Assembly: GCA_964586255.1 (NCBI GenBank)
Contig: CAZPGE010000001.1
Location: forward strand, 133,907 to 197,906
Direction: 5' to 3'
Length of the DNA: 64,000 nucleotides
Source of the DNA: an uncultured Candidatus Saccharibacteria bacterium
GTDB taxonomy: Bacteria > Patescibacteriota > Minisyncoccia > Phycocordibacterales > UBA2100
In this document: positions 9,637 to 17,870 of the stretch, in pieces
Numbering within the stretch: the stretch's first letter is position 1
Layout: each line of letters opens with the position of its first letter
Program-made: the position numbers and the translations under genes
Notes under the pieces: model-generated
Seen by the model: only the letters and a program-made list of their open reading frames with translations
Told to the model about the DNA's origin: nothing
The model's database searches: none

Positions 9637-10218
9637 TTACAGCAAGTCAAATTCTTTCAGGAATCGACGTGCGTCATTTATCTCCTCAGCTACCACATAG
9701 CGGACATGCTCGTCGACTCCGTACCACTTTGCGACTGTAAGTACGTGCTCGTAGCACTCGTGCGGGTAGATAAACACCGAACGCTGATACATCTTCAGCC
9801 CAAAGTCCTCAAGTTTGAGCCGAAAAGACTGGCGCACCGCCTCGTTGCTGCTCGGCAAGTCAAACATGACAATCCGCCATTTGCGGTCCCATCGGCGAGG
9901 CGTATCGAGCGACATTTCCCATATGGCGTCTTCGTGCAGCTGCTTACGACCGGTATCCGTAAGGTGTACGTAGGTATGCGTCCCCTTCTCTTCAAACGTA
10001 AGCTTGTTTTTGCTTTCGAGATACTTAAGCGCCTTCCAAATGCGATTGCGTTCTCGCGGACTTTTGGGATCAAAGATGTCGATAAGCTGTATGGCGTTGG
10101 GCGCCATGGCGGCTCCTGCAATGATGACGCCCGCGCCGACTAGGCGCAGGATATCCTTGGTGAGCTCCCCGCGCCTGTACTCGGCGGCCGTCTTGATGCC
10201 TTTGAATCTTGTTCCCAT
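9637..10218 (-). CDS. PaaX-like transcriptional regulator (winged HTH plus PaaX-type middle domain), lacks PaaX C-terminal domain; sits between grpE and dnaK
   Basis: 194 aa from MGTRFKG... N-terminal wHTH-like segment ...RNRIWKALKYLESKNKLTFEEKGTHTYVHLTDTGRKQL. Then WDRKWRIVMFDLPSSNEAVRQSFRLKLEDFGLKMYQRSVFIYP, matching the PaaX WDGKW...GF... region (recalled from memory). Confidence 0.55.
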   Translation of the reverse strand: MGTRFKGIKTAAEYRRGELTKDILRLVGAGVIIAGAAMAPNAIQLIDIFDPKSPRERNRIWKALKYLESKNKLTFEEKGTHTYVHLTDTGRKQLHEDAIWEMSLDTPRRWDRKWRIVMFDLPSSNEAVRQSFRLKLEDFGLKMYQRSVFIYPHECYEHVLTVAKWYGVDEHVRYVVAEEINDARRFLKEFDLL

Positions 10219-10243
10219 ACGTCGAACATAGCATCCTTTCAAA

Positions 10244-10279
10244 CTCCAGTAAATCAACCAATTGGTGGAAATACAGGAG
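10244..10279. promoter_or_regulatory. 36-bp near-palindromic operator candidate (copy B), 26 nt upstream of the PaaX-like regulator start and overlapping its putative -35 (TTTACT-N17-TATGTT)
   Basis: CTCCAGTAAATCAACCAATTGGTGGAAATACAGGAG. Same CCAATTGG core and CTCCAGTAAAT / ATACAGGAG arms as copies A and C. Confidence 0.6.
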
Positions 10280-10311
10280 TCGACATGTCTCAACGCGGCG
10301 TAGATATTGCG

Positions 10312-10854
10312 CTAAGCTTTTATTATCACCTGCGCGGGTCGTAACACTCGATCACCCACACGGTACCCATACCGTAGTATGCGAACGATGTCGCCGGATT
10401 TGCCCGGAGCCTCTGCAAGCTCCTGGATTGCGTCATGCACATGCGGATCATAGGCATCCCCCACTTCCCCAAAGCGGCTTACGCCATGACGGCGTAGACC
10501 TTCGATAAGTTGGTTGCGCACGTTCTCCATTCCTCCGCGCCAGACACTGTCGGTTTTTTCCCACGCATCTCCTGACATTGCCATATCAAAACTGTCGAGC
10601 GCAGGAAGAATGTCTTCGACAATGCCTTCGAGTTTCCGCTCGGCGTGGCGTTCGGCCTGGAGCATCAAATCCTTCTTTGCGTTGACGGAGTCCGCCTTGC
10701 AGCGTTGCCATCCATCGAGGTACTCCTGACGTTCGGATTTCGTCTTCTCTAGCTCGTCGCGCAATTTTTGCATCTTAGCCTTTGCGGCACCGAGTGAACC
10801 CATCTCATCCTCGGGCTCGAAATCGATATCCTGATCTTCGCTGTGCGCATTCAT
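10312..10854 (-). CDS. grpE: Nucleotide exchange factor GrpE
   Basis: 180 aa; acidic N-terminus, coiled-coil, GrpE C-terminal beta domain. Lies upstream of dnaK/dnaJ. Confidence 0.9.
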   Translation of the reverse strand: MNAHSEDQDIDFEPEDEMGSLGAAKAKMQKLRDELEKTKSERQEYLDGWQRCKADSVNAKKDLMLQAERHAERKLEGIVEDILPALDSFDMAMSGDAWEKTDSVWRGGMENVRNQLIEGLRRHGVSRFGEVGDAYDPHVHDAIQELAEAPGKSGDIVRILRYGYRVGDRVLRPAQVIIKA

Positions 10855-10946
10855 GACGGAGCGAGTATATCATTTCGCAGTATGAAAACGCAAAAGACCT
10901 GTTTCGGGGCCATTTACTGCTTGGGATATCGCATGCATCACGGATA

Positions 10947-10972
10947 CATTGCGAGCCGTCGCTCGCAATGTT
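10947..10972. promoter_or_regulatory. Inverted repeat ACATTGCGAGC-cgtc-GCTCGCAATGT upstream of the grpE promoter
   Basis: 11-bp perfect arms with a 4-nt spacer. About 50 nt upstream of a TTGCGT-N18-TATACT promoter-like element that ends 9 nt before the grpE ATG. Confidence 0.35.
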
Positions 10973-11021
10973 CCGCGACCCCGCCTCGCAGACCTCGCCT
11001 GGAAGCTCGGTCGCTCCGGCC

Positions 11022-11070
11022 GTCCAAGCGATAGAAAAAAGCCCCACTGGGGCTTTTTTCTATCGCTTGG
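11022..11070. terminator. 47-bp near-perfect palindrome (CCAAGCGATAGAAAAAAGCCCCACTGGGGCTTTTTTCTATCGCTTGG); bidirectional terminator or protein-binding site
   Basis: GC stem flanked by an A6 tract on one side and a T6 tract on the other. Located between rpsI and grpE. Confidence 0.5.
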
Positions 11071-11159
11071 ACCACTCGTGGTACTGGGAAACCCACGGTT
11101 TTCCCATTCCTTCCTCCACGGGGAACCTGCTGGTTCCCCGACCCCCTCCTCCCTCAGTT

Positions 11160-11196
11160 AAACAAAAGATGTCCCGCAAGGGACATCTTTTGTTTT
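11160..11196 (-). terminator. Rho-independent terminator of the ribosomal-protein/rpoA operon (after rpsI)
   Basis: GATGTCCC-gcaa-GGGACATC hairpin flanked by an A tract and a T tract. Immediately downstream of the rpsI stop on the minus strand. Confidence 0.65.
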
Positions 11197-11201
11197 CAAA
11201 G

Positions 11202-11597
11202 CTAGCGCTTTGACCACTGAGGGGCACGGCGTGCGCCCTTAAGACCGAACTTCTTGCGCTCACGTGAGCGAGGGTCGCGCTTGAGGAAGCCTCGTACCTT
11301 GAGGTCCTTGCGCTGCTCGGGAACGAGTTCAATCATGGCGCGGGAGATGCCAAGGCGGATTGATTCAGCCTGGGCCTTCTTACCGCCGCCCGATACCTTC
11401 GCGGTAACAGCGTATGTCGCACCGAGCGCTTCGAGCGCTTCGTACGCTGTCTTCATCATGATGGCGAGCGGAAAGTACTCCTTTGCGTCCATGCCGTTGA
11501 CCTCCATAGAGGTGCTCTTAGCGGGCGTGATTCGCACACGTGCAGTCGCTGTCTTGCGACGGCCTATTGCTTCAGTGTATCTGCTAGAGGTAGCCAT
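11202..11597 (-). CDS. rpsI: 30S ribosomal protein S9
   Basis: 131 aa; C-terminal ...KKFGLKGARRAPQWSKR is uS9-like. Confidence 0.93.
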   Translation of the reverse strand: MATSSRYTEAIGRRKTATARVRITPAKSTSMEVNGMDAKEYFPLAIMMKTAYEALEALGATYAVTAKVSGGGKKAQAESIRLGISRAMIELVPEQRKDLKVRGFLKRDPRSRERKKFGLKGARRAPQWSKR

Positions 11598-11601
11598 ATA
11601 A

Positions 11602-11955
11602 TTATTCGGTTACGATAAGATTCTTCATACGCGCGGTTCGCATCGTGTTGTTAGGAAGCATGCGCTGCACGGCCCTGCGAACAGCCTCTCCGTGCCCTTT
11701 GCGTTCATTGAGGTGCGCGAGTGACTCTTTCTTCTGACCTCCCGGGTATCCGGAATACGTCGTGTAGATAGTGCTCTTTCGCTTTCGCTCGCGCGAGTAG
11801 ATCTTGCTTGTGTTGACCACGGTCACCACCACTTCGGACCGGATGTGTGGTGTGTAGCTCGCAAGCGTCTTGCCCATGAGCATCTTTGCCGCCTCAGAAG
11901 CTACTCTTCCGAGAGTTCTGCCCGCAGCGTCAATTGTGAATGTTTTCTGTTCCAT
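11602..11955 (-). CDS. rplM: 50S ribosomal protein L13
   Basis: 117 aa uL13-like; immediately upstream of rpsI. Confidence 0.9.
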   Translation of the reverse strand: MEQKTFTIDAAGRTLGRVASEAAKMLMGKTLASYTPHIRSEVVVTVVNTSKIYSRERKRKSTIYTTYSGYPGGQKKESLAHLNERKGHGEAVRRAVQRMLPNNTMRTARMKNLIVTE

Positions 11956-11964
11956 ATACTGAAG

Positions 11965-12324
11965 TTATTTCTGGACGAATTCGATACGTGCGCTTTCACC
12001 AACACGCTTCCCGATGCGGCCAAGCTTCACGATGCGTGTGTAGCCACCTGCGCGGGTCTCAAAGCGCTTCGCGAGCGTGTCATGCAGCTTCTTCACCGCG
12101 TCCGGTGCGCCACCGAGGTGAGTCGATACATCTCGGCGCGATGCGACGGAGTTTTTCTTGCTCGTCGTAATAAGCCGCTCAATGAATGGCCTAAGCTCCT
12201 TCGCTTTTGCGACCGTGGTCGTAATACCCTCTTTCAAAACGAGAGAGCGCGCGAGAGACCGAAGAAGCGCTGTGCGCTGTCTGCGGTCGCGATTCAATGT
12301 TCTTTTGTTAACGTGATGCCTCAT
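11965..12324 (-). CDS. rplQ: 50S ribosomal protein L17
   Basis: 119 aa; MRHHVNKRTLNRDRRQRTALLRSLA... is bL17-like. Confidence 0.93.
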   Translation of the reverse strand: MRHHVNKRTLNRDRRQRTALLRSLARSLVLKEGITTTVAKAKELRPFIERLITTSKKNSVASRRDVSTHLGGAPDAVKKLHDTLAKRFETRAGGYTRIVKLGRIGKRVGESARIEFVQK

Positions 12325-12330
12325 ACAAGA

Positions 12331-13308
12331 TTATTGGGTGCGGAGCGTAAGGCCAAGATTGGAGAGCGCGCGTTTGATGTCCTGCAAGCCCTTCTGGCCG
12401 AGACCCTCGATAGCCAGGAGATCGTCCTCGCGCTTTCTCACGAGACCTCCGACAGTGCGGATAGATGCGTTGTCGAGCGCATCTTCGACGCGCTGCGGAA
12501 GACTAAGCTCAGTGATGCGCGTCTTGAGCATCTCGGAATCCATAGGGATTGACTTGTCCTCACGTGATGCAGAGCGCGCGTCAGAGATGGCAGGAATATT
12601 CATGTCTGCGGTGTCCTCTTCCTTAAAACCTACGACCGCTTTGAGCTGGTGAATCATCGTCTCGATAGCGCGCTCTAGAGCTTCTCGAGGCGCAAGCGTC
12701 CCGTCTGTCTCGATGAGAATGCGGAGGCGGTTGAAGTCGGTGCGATCACCCACGCGCATGTTCTCTACCTCGTAGTTGGCGCGGCGAATCGGTGAGAATA
12801 TCGCGTCGAGCGCAATCGTGCCGATATCTACGCGCTCTTTCTGATGTTCCTCCTTCGGGATGTAGCCCAATCCGCGCTCTGCGCGAATTTCCAGTTCAAA
12901 GTTGACCTTGCTCGTGACTTCGGCAATGTGCTGCTCCGGGTTCAGGATTTCCACTTGACCAGGAAGTTTAAGGTCGGCCGCCGTGACTGTCTGAGGACCT
13001 TTTACTGAGAGAGTGATTGTCTGTGGCTCATCAGAAAGCAGCTTGAAGCGCATCTTGCGGATGTTGAGGAGGATGGTGACCACGTCTTCCTTGACACCTT
13101 CTATGGTCGAGAATTCATGGGCAACACCAGGGATTTTGACATGCGTAACAGCTGCGCCCGGGAGAGACGAGAGGATGATGCGGCGAAGGCTGTTGCCAAG
13201 CGTGAATCCGTAGCCCGGGTAAAGACCGTCGATTTCGTACGTACCGCTGCGTTCGGATTCCGTGACGACGCGGGGCTTTGAAGGCAATGCGATGTGGTAG
13301 TCGGACAT
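12331..13308 (-). CDS. rpoA: DNA-directed RNA polymerase subunit alpha
   Basis: 325 aa; N-terminal dimerisation domain, C-terminal alpha-CTD (...RTVGGLVRKREDDLLAIEGLGQKGLQDI...). Confidence 0.95.
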   Translation of the reverse strand: MSDYHIALPSKPRVVTESERSGTYEIDGLYPGYGFTLGNSLRRIILSSLPGAAVTHVKIPGVAHEFSTIEGVKEDVVTILLNIRKMRFKLLSDEPQTITLSVKGPQTVTAADLKLPGQVEILNPEQHIAEVTSKVNFELEIRAERGLGYIPKEEHQKERVDIGTIALDAIFSPIRRANYEVENMRVGDRTDFNRLRILIETDGTLAPREALERAIETMIHQLKAVVGFKEEDTADMNIPAISDARSASREDKSIPMDSEMLKTRITELSLPQRVEDALDNASIRTVGGLVRKREDDLLAIEGLGQKGLQDIKRALSNLGLTLRTQ

Positions 13309-13359
13309 ATAGATATTGCGACGCTAATAACGAATAATAATGGGATTAAAAACGCGAGT

Positions 13360-13968
13360 TTATCTGCTGTAGAACTCGAAGACCGTCGCGTAGTCAAGTC
13401 CGGTTTCGACCGTCGTGTATGACGGCTCACCGGTGACTTCGGCCTTGAGTGCATTCATATCGACCTCGAGCCAGCTTGGCACAGAGCGTCGCCCCTCTTT
13501 CTCCTCCGCAAGTCCTGCAAAAAGTGGGCTCGTGCGGCTTCCCTGTCTGACCGAAAGCACATCTCCCTTCTTAAGCTGATGTGAAGGGACTGTTGTGCGG
13601 CGACCGTTGATGGTGATGTGACCATGGCTGACCATTTGGCGAGCAGCACGACGCGTCGTGGCAAAGCCTGCGCGGTAGACAGCGCTGTCGACACGAAGCT
13701 CAAGTGCTTTGTGGAGAGCCGACGACGGGTCGGCCGCTTCGAAGGCCTTTTCCGCGTAATTCGAAAGCTGTCTTTCTGCGAGACCGTATGTGTAGCGCAC
13801 ACGCTGTTTTTCGAGGAGCTGCTTTCCGTAGTCAGAGCCGCCGCGACCGCGCTTCACTTTCTTTTCGCCGCGAGCTGCAGAGAGCGCAAATTTCTGCGTC
13901 TGAAGCTGCTCGAAAACGCCGACACCGAGGCGCTTGCCGATCTTGTACTTTGATTTTACGGGTAGCAT
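13360..13968 (-). CDS. rpsD: 30S ribosomal protein S4
   Basis: 202 aa; MLPVKSKYKIGKRLGV... with S4 RNA-binding domain. Confidence 0.93.
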   Translation of the reverse strand: MLPVKSKYKIGKRLGVGVFEQLQTQKFALSAARGEKKVKRGRGGSDYGKQLLEKQRVRYTYGLAERQLSNYAEKAFEAADPSSALHKALELRVDSAVYRAGFATTRRAARQMVSHGHITINGRRTTVPSHQLKKGDVLSVRQGSRTSPLFAGLAEEKEGRRSVPSWLEVDMNALKAEVTGEPSYTTVETGLDYATVFEFYSR

Positions 13969-14003
13969 AAAAAGACGTGTAATTTAGTAACTATGTATCT
14001 GGT

Positions 14004-14438
14004 CTATACGCGGCGAGGCTTCGGAGGTCGAGGGCCGTTGTGCGGAACCGGTGTATCGTCGGCAATGCGCGTTATGTCGATTCCTTTCCCTGCAAAGCCG
14101 CGCAATGCAGATTCGCGCCCTGCTCCTACGCCGCGGATAACGACATCAACTTCCTTTACACCAATGATGACCGCCTTGTCGCCCACAAGCTCACCCACCT
14201 TTGCAGCTGCAAACGGCGTGCCCTTCTTGGCGCCTGAGAACCCAATGCTTCCTGATGAAGACCACGCGATTGCGTTGCCGTTTTTGTCGGCTAGAAGAAC
14301 TTTCGTATTGTTGTACGTGGCGTGTACGTGAAGCGTACCAGCTGTAATGTTTTTCTTTGCGGTGCGCGCCAAAGAGCGTGACTTCAAGCCCGCGTCTACA
14401 GTGCCTCCTGATTTTCGGATGATTCGTTTCTTTCCCAT
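14004..14438 (-). CDS. rpsK: 30S ribosomal protein S11
   Basis: 144 aa uS11-like (...TPFAAAKVGELVGDKAVIIGVKEVDVVIRGVGAGRESALRGFAG...). Confidence 0.92.
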   Translation of the reverse strand: MGKKRIIRKSGGTVDAGLKSRSLARTAKKNITAGTLHVHATYNNTKVLLADKNGNAIAWSSSGSIGFSGAKKGTPFAAAKVGELVGDKAVIIGVKEVDVVIRGVGAGRESALRGFAGKGIDITRIADDTPVPHNGPRPPKPRRV

Positions 14439-14447
14439 AGATATCTA

Positions 14448-14828
14448 TTATGTTTTCTCTAGCTTACGGCGACCGCTTGTCATCGTCTTTCGGACGTTGC
14501 CACGCACCGTGCGCGAGTTCGTCTTAGTACGCTGACCGCGAGCAGGAAGTTTGCGCAGATGTCTCGTACCGCGGTGTGCCTTGATATCTTTGAGGCGGCG
14601 AATGTTACCGCTAATCTGGCGGCGCAATTCGCCTTCTATAACGTTTTTTTCGATCGCATCGCGAAGTGCGGACTCTTCCTGCGCCGAAAGATCCTTCGGC
14701 CTCTTACCGCCATCAATCTTGAGAACCTCAAGAGTCTTTTGCGCGCGAGGTCGTCCGACGCCGTATACGGCCGTAAGGCCAATATCAAGGCGCTTCTCTT
14801 CGGGTATGGTGATTCCTGCAATACGCAT
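14448..14828 (-). CDS. rpsM: 30S ribosomal protein S13
   Basis: 126 aa; MRIAGITIPEEKRLDIGLTAVYGVGR... is uS13-like. Confidence 0.93.
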   Translation of the reverse strand: MRIAGITIPEEKRLDIGLTAVYGVGRPRAQKTLEVLKIDGGKRPKDLSAQEESALRDAIEKNVIEGELRRQISGNIRRLKDIKAHRGTRHLRKLPARGQRTKTNSRTVRGNVRKTMTSGRRKLEKT

Positions 14829-14849
14829 AATGATTGTACAAAAAAATGA

Positions 14850-14963
14850 TTAGCCCTGACGCTGTTTGTGGCGTGGATTTGAGCAAATGACCCAAAGTCG
14901 ACCACGTCGTTTGACGTGGCGGCAATGCATGCAGATTTTTTTAACGGAAGCCTTAACCTTCAT
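14850..14963 (-). CDS. rpmJ: 50S ribosomal protein L36 (small gene absent from the ORF track)
   Basis: My own minus-strand translation: [37 protein letters not shown], with the C-x2-C-x12-C-x4-H zinc ribbon. Sits between rpsM and infA as in the canonical operon. Confidence 0.85.
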   Translation of the reverse strand: MKVKASVKKICMHCRHVKRRGRLWVICSNPRHKQRQG

Positions 14964-14974
14964 GGGTGTTTTAG

Positions 14975-15181
14975 TTAGATGCGCCGAGTGATGCGCGCAC
15001 GACCCCCATAAGGATCTAGCTGCAGCTGCACACGATCGCCTACGAGTACCTTAATTCTGTGCAGTCGCATCTTTCCCGCGAGGTACGCAAGTACCAGCTC
15101 TCCAGATGCCAGATTGACGCGAAAGAGCGTGTTTGGGAGCGCCTCCTCGACGACTCCTTCTACGACCTCTGTGTCAGCCAT
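14975..15181 (-). CDS. infA: Translation initiation factor IF-1
   Basis: From the internal Met: [68 protein letters not shown], an S1-like OB fold typical of IF1. Confidence 0.9.
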   Translation of the reverse strand: MADTEVVEGVVEEALPNTLFRVNLASGELVLAYLAGKMRLHRIKVLVGDRVQLQLDPYGGRARITRRI

Positions 15182-15224
15182 ATCTGCGCGGCCTAGAATA
15201 GCAGCAACTGTGGAGCGCGTCAAG

Positions 15225-16601
15225 CTACTCCGCGATTTCGGGGCTTTCGACCTTTATTTGGATGTCCGCAGGGTCCTCAGGAAAGGTACTTTTCCAGAAC
15301 GGTTCAATACGTGCCGTGGCCTCTTGTATGGAAGGTATGCCAGCTACGACAGGCTCGAACGCACTCTTGTCTTTACCCGCCAGCGCCGCCTGCAATTCTG
15401 CTTCATCGATCTTCCAAACGAGCGTCGCCGAGCCAGACACTGAGAATCGGATAGGGCCCGCGCCGAGCACCGTCGATGTCCCGACGGGCTGTGCGCCAAA
15501 TCCCGCACTTGGAATCAAATCGATCCCGTCAGCATCGACAATGGTGACTGCGCCACCGCCCACGCCCGCAGCAAACGCGCCGTCTTGGAACACCGGAATC
15601 TTTATACGAGCTCGCTGATGGATGCGCACACCTCCACCAGCCTCTGTTGTGTTTGGAAGGCTCTCGTATTCAATTTGCGTCAGACCAGAGAAGGTCACGT
15701 GTGACGCATCGATCTGAGCTGCGGCTTCGCGCGCTTTGGTCTCCAGACGCGCCCTGACAGCCGCTATCGCATTTTCGAGAGCTCCTGCGGCAACACCTGG
15801 TCGTTCGCCTACAAATCCTCCTGTGAACGATTCAGTGGACTCTGCGTATACCTGCGCATACATAGCGGGTGTTGATTTGAGCCCGGGGACGGTGAATTTT
15901 CCTGGCGCAACATTGTATTGCTCGCCAGGCTGATCTGCTACGACGGTAATCTCAATCTTGCCCGGCGTATTTCCCTGCTTCGCAGGGACCACGATGTCTG
16001 CGGGAGCTCGAAAGACATGCCCAGACGCACTGGCAAAGCGTGTATTTTTAACAAGCTTGAGCGGGGTCGTCTGGTAATTGTTGTATATCGTAATATTGCC
16101 CGTGGCTTTATCTTCGCCATAGACCACCCCCTCACTCGGGACCACTTCAGAATCTTCCAACTCAACGGATTGCACCGAATATTCGAGTGTTCCAAGTCCG
16201 GTACCTTCTGGGTCCGCAGAAAATGTCTCATCTGTAAATGTCAGCGCGTGGGTTCGGGGCTGAACCGTGACCCTCGTCGGTCGCATAGAGACAAATATCA
16301 ATGCTGCGAGGAGGAGCACACATATTGCCGCAATACCCCACATCACGTACTGACCCGACGAGCGACCCCGAGGTGTTGGTCCCAGGTTAGTCGGGTATTC
16401 CCGCGTGTCCTCAAACGTACGGGGTCGGGACCTTTGCGGCGGCGCAATATCGCGAATAGACCTTGTGCCCGCATCTATGCGGGGATTATTAATTGGTATG
16501 TGGGTCACCTCATCATTCGCGGATTCATCGACTGGACGAGCCGATGAAGAGTGGTGACTCTCATCCGGTGGAACGATGTCTTGAAAATAGTCTTTAGCCA
16601 T
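15225..16601 (-). CDS. Hypothetical single-pass membrane protein with a large extracytoplasmic domain, appended to the infA/ribosomal operon
   Basis: 458 aa. About 90-aa charged, Pro-rich cytoplasmic N-terminus, one TM (YVMWGIAAICVLLLAALIFVSM), then ~340 aa Gly/Ala/Thr-rich extracellular region. No recognisable catalytic motif. Confidence 0.5.
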   Translation of the reverse strand: MAKDYFQDIVPPDESHHSSSARPVDESANDEVTHIPINNPRIDAGTRSIRDIAPPQRSRPRTFEDTREYPTNLGPTPRGRSSGQYVMWGIAAICVLLLAALIFVSMRPTRVTVQPRTHALTFTDETFSADPEGTGLGTLEYSVQSVELEDSEVVPSEGVVYGEDKATGNITIYNNYQTTPLKLVKNTRFASASGHVFRAPADIVVPAKQGNTPGKIEITVVADQPGEQYNVAPGKFTVPGLKSTPAMYAQVYAESTESFTGGFVGERPGVAAGALENAIAAVRARLETKAREAAAQIDASHVTFSGLTQIEYESLPNTTEAGGGVRIHQRARIKIPVFQDGAFAAGVGGGAVTIVDADGIDLIPSAGFGAQPVGTSTVLGAGPIRFSVSGSATLVWKIDEAELQAALAGKDKSAFEPVVAGIPSIQEATARIEPFWKSTFPEDPADIQIKVESPEIAE

Positions 16602-16637
16602 GAGAATGGATTATATCACTGGAGGTACGCAACGATT

Positions 16638-17780
16638 TCATGCGCGACTCTCGATGTTGACAAGTGCTACAGCCACCGTGCATGCATCGGATGTTTTCGC
16701 GCCCGCCACCCATTTGGATACATCGAGCGACTGTGCAGTGTGCACGGTAAGGGGAAGCGATGTCTCGGTAAATTGGGCGAAGTCAATGCGCGCCAGAAAT
16801 CCTGCGAGCCACATCTCGAGGTCTGGGTGGACAAGAAGCAAGACGCCATTGGGCACGCGATTTTTTGCAGCAATCTTACCAATGGCCTCACCGAATACAC
16901 GTACGAGCTCCGGCTCCGTCGTCGCAACTGCTTGTCGGAGAGCATCACAGACATCCGTTGAACATGCATCGCGCGACAGCATTCGCAGGTAACCCGCCAC
17001 CTCGTCTGCCGGCCGTCCCGTGGCAATACGTGAAAGTATCGTGCGCGTACCTTCCGGTACGATGAGTTGATTCATTTCGCCATCTCGAAAAGACACAATG
17101 TGTGTATCTTCGATACCCATATCGATAACGAGAAATGATGTGTCGAGATGCGATTCTCGCGCGAACGTCATAAGTGCGCGAATACCCGAGCGCCACGATA
17201 TGCGAGCTACAGGAAAACTTTGCTCTACCGCACCTTTTATCGCAACTTTCACGGCCGCATCGCAGTCACTCACAACAGACGTAACACGCAGAGAATGCGC
17301 GCGCTTTCCCTCTGGCGCGGGCGTGGCATAGCCGTTTAGGTCCACTCGTATCACGCTTGCTTCAAGTACATTCCCGACGTCTATGTTTTTGGTATCCGCA
17401 AGTGCTTTCTTTGCATGTGCACTTATGAGAGCACTCTGTATCAGGGTCTCTCTCTCAAAGTGCTCCTCTGATGCACTGAGTGATGTGTGAGCCCACGGTG
17501 CATGAACTATTACATACGCTTCTGATATTGGCGCGTTGTGTCCGGCCGATGTGTACAACTTGAGCGCCTGAGCTGCAGCCTCCTTCACCTGCTCCCCTAT
17601 TTGCGCTTTCGACTGTTCTTCTGTGCGAGACTCAAGCGAAAGTGCCGAGGTAGCCGTGGCGAGCACAGTCGCCGGTGAATCCTTGGTGCTTGCGCATATA
17701 GCGACGCACGCGCCGCCTGCAGCAACGTCGATTACAGCGGTCGAATGAGCGCGATTAAAACCGATATTGATGTTGACCAT
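16638..17780 (-). CDS. Actin-like ATPase (ASKHA) superfamily protein, PilM/FtsA/Ppx-like
   Basis: 380 aa. N-terminal AVIDVAAGGACVAI and later LVIDMGIEDTHIVSFRDGE resemble the two phosphate-binding motifs of FtsA/PilM/Ppx-GppA. Assignment is tentative. Confidence 0.4.
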   Translation of the reverse strand: MVNINIGFNRAHSTAVIDVAAGGACVAICASTKDSPATVLATATSALSLESRTEEQSKAQIGEQVKEAAAQALKLYTSAGHNAPISEAYVIVHAPWAHTSLSASEEHFERETLIQSALISAHAKKALADTKNIDVGNVLEASVIRVDLNGYATPAPEGKRAHSLRVTSVVSDCDAAVKVAIKGAVEQSFPVARISWRSGIRALMTFARESHLDTSFLVIDMGIEDTHIVSFRDGEMNQLIVPEGTRTILSRIATGRPADEVAGYLRMLSRDACSTDVCDALRQAVATTEPELVRVFGEAIGKIAAKNRVPNGVLLLVHPDLEMWLAGFLARIDFAQFTETSLPLTVHTAQSLDVSKWVAGAKTSDACTVAVALVNIESRA

Positions 17781-17870
17781 TCACAATCAGTATACCTCGT
17801 GATATATACCGCTCATCACACGCATGCATGTGCAACTGGATATCTGCCAGCAATTTGGTTGATACATCGC

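Noticed and set aside
11065-11165. SRP (4.5S) RNA assignment for the structured segment between rpsI and grpE
   Set aside because: Only a partial GGAAGGAA-like resemblance to the SRP domain IV motif. I could not build the conserved helix 8 symmetric/asymmetric loops by eye, so it is reported only as a generic sRNA candidate.
9479-11200. CIRCE (HrcA), HAIR (HspR) or canonical LexA SOS boxes in the chaperone operon region
   Set aside because: None of the consensus sequences (TTAGCACTC-N9-GAGTGCTAA; CTTGAGT-N7-ACTCAAG; CTGT-N8-ACAG / GAAC-N4-GTTC) is present. The palindromes found are different motifs.
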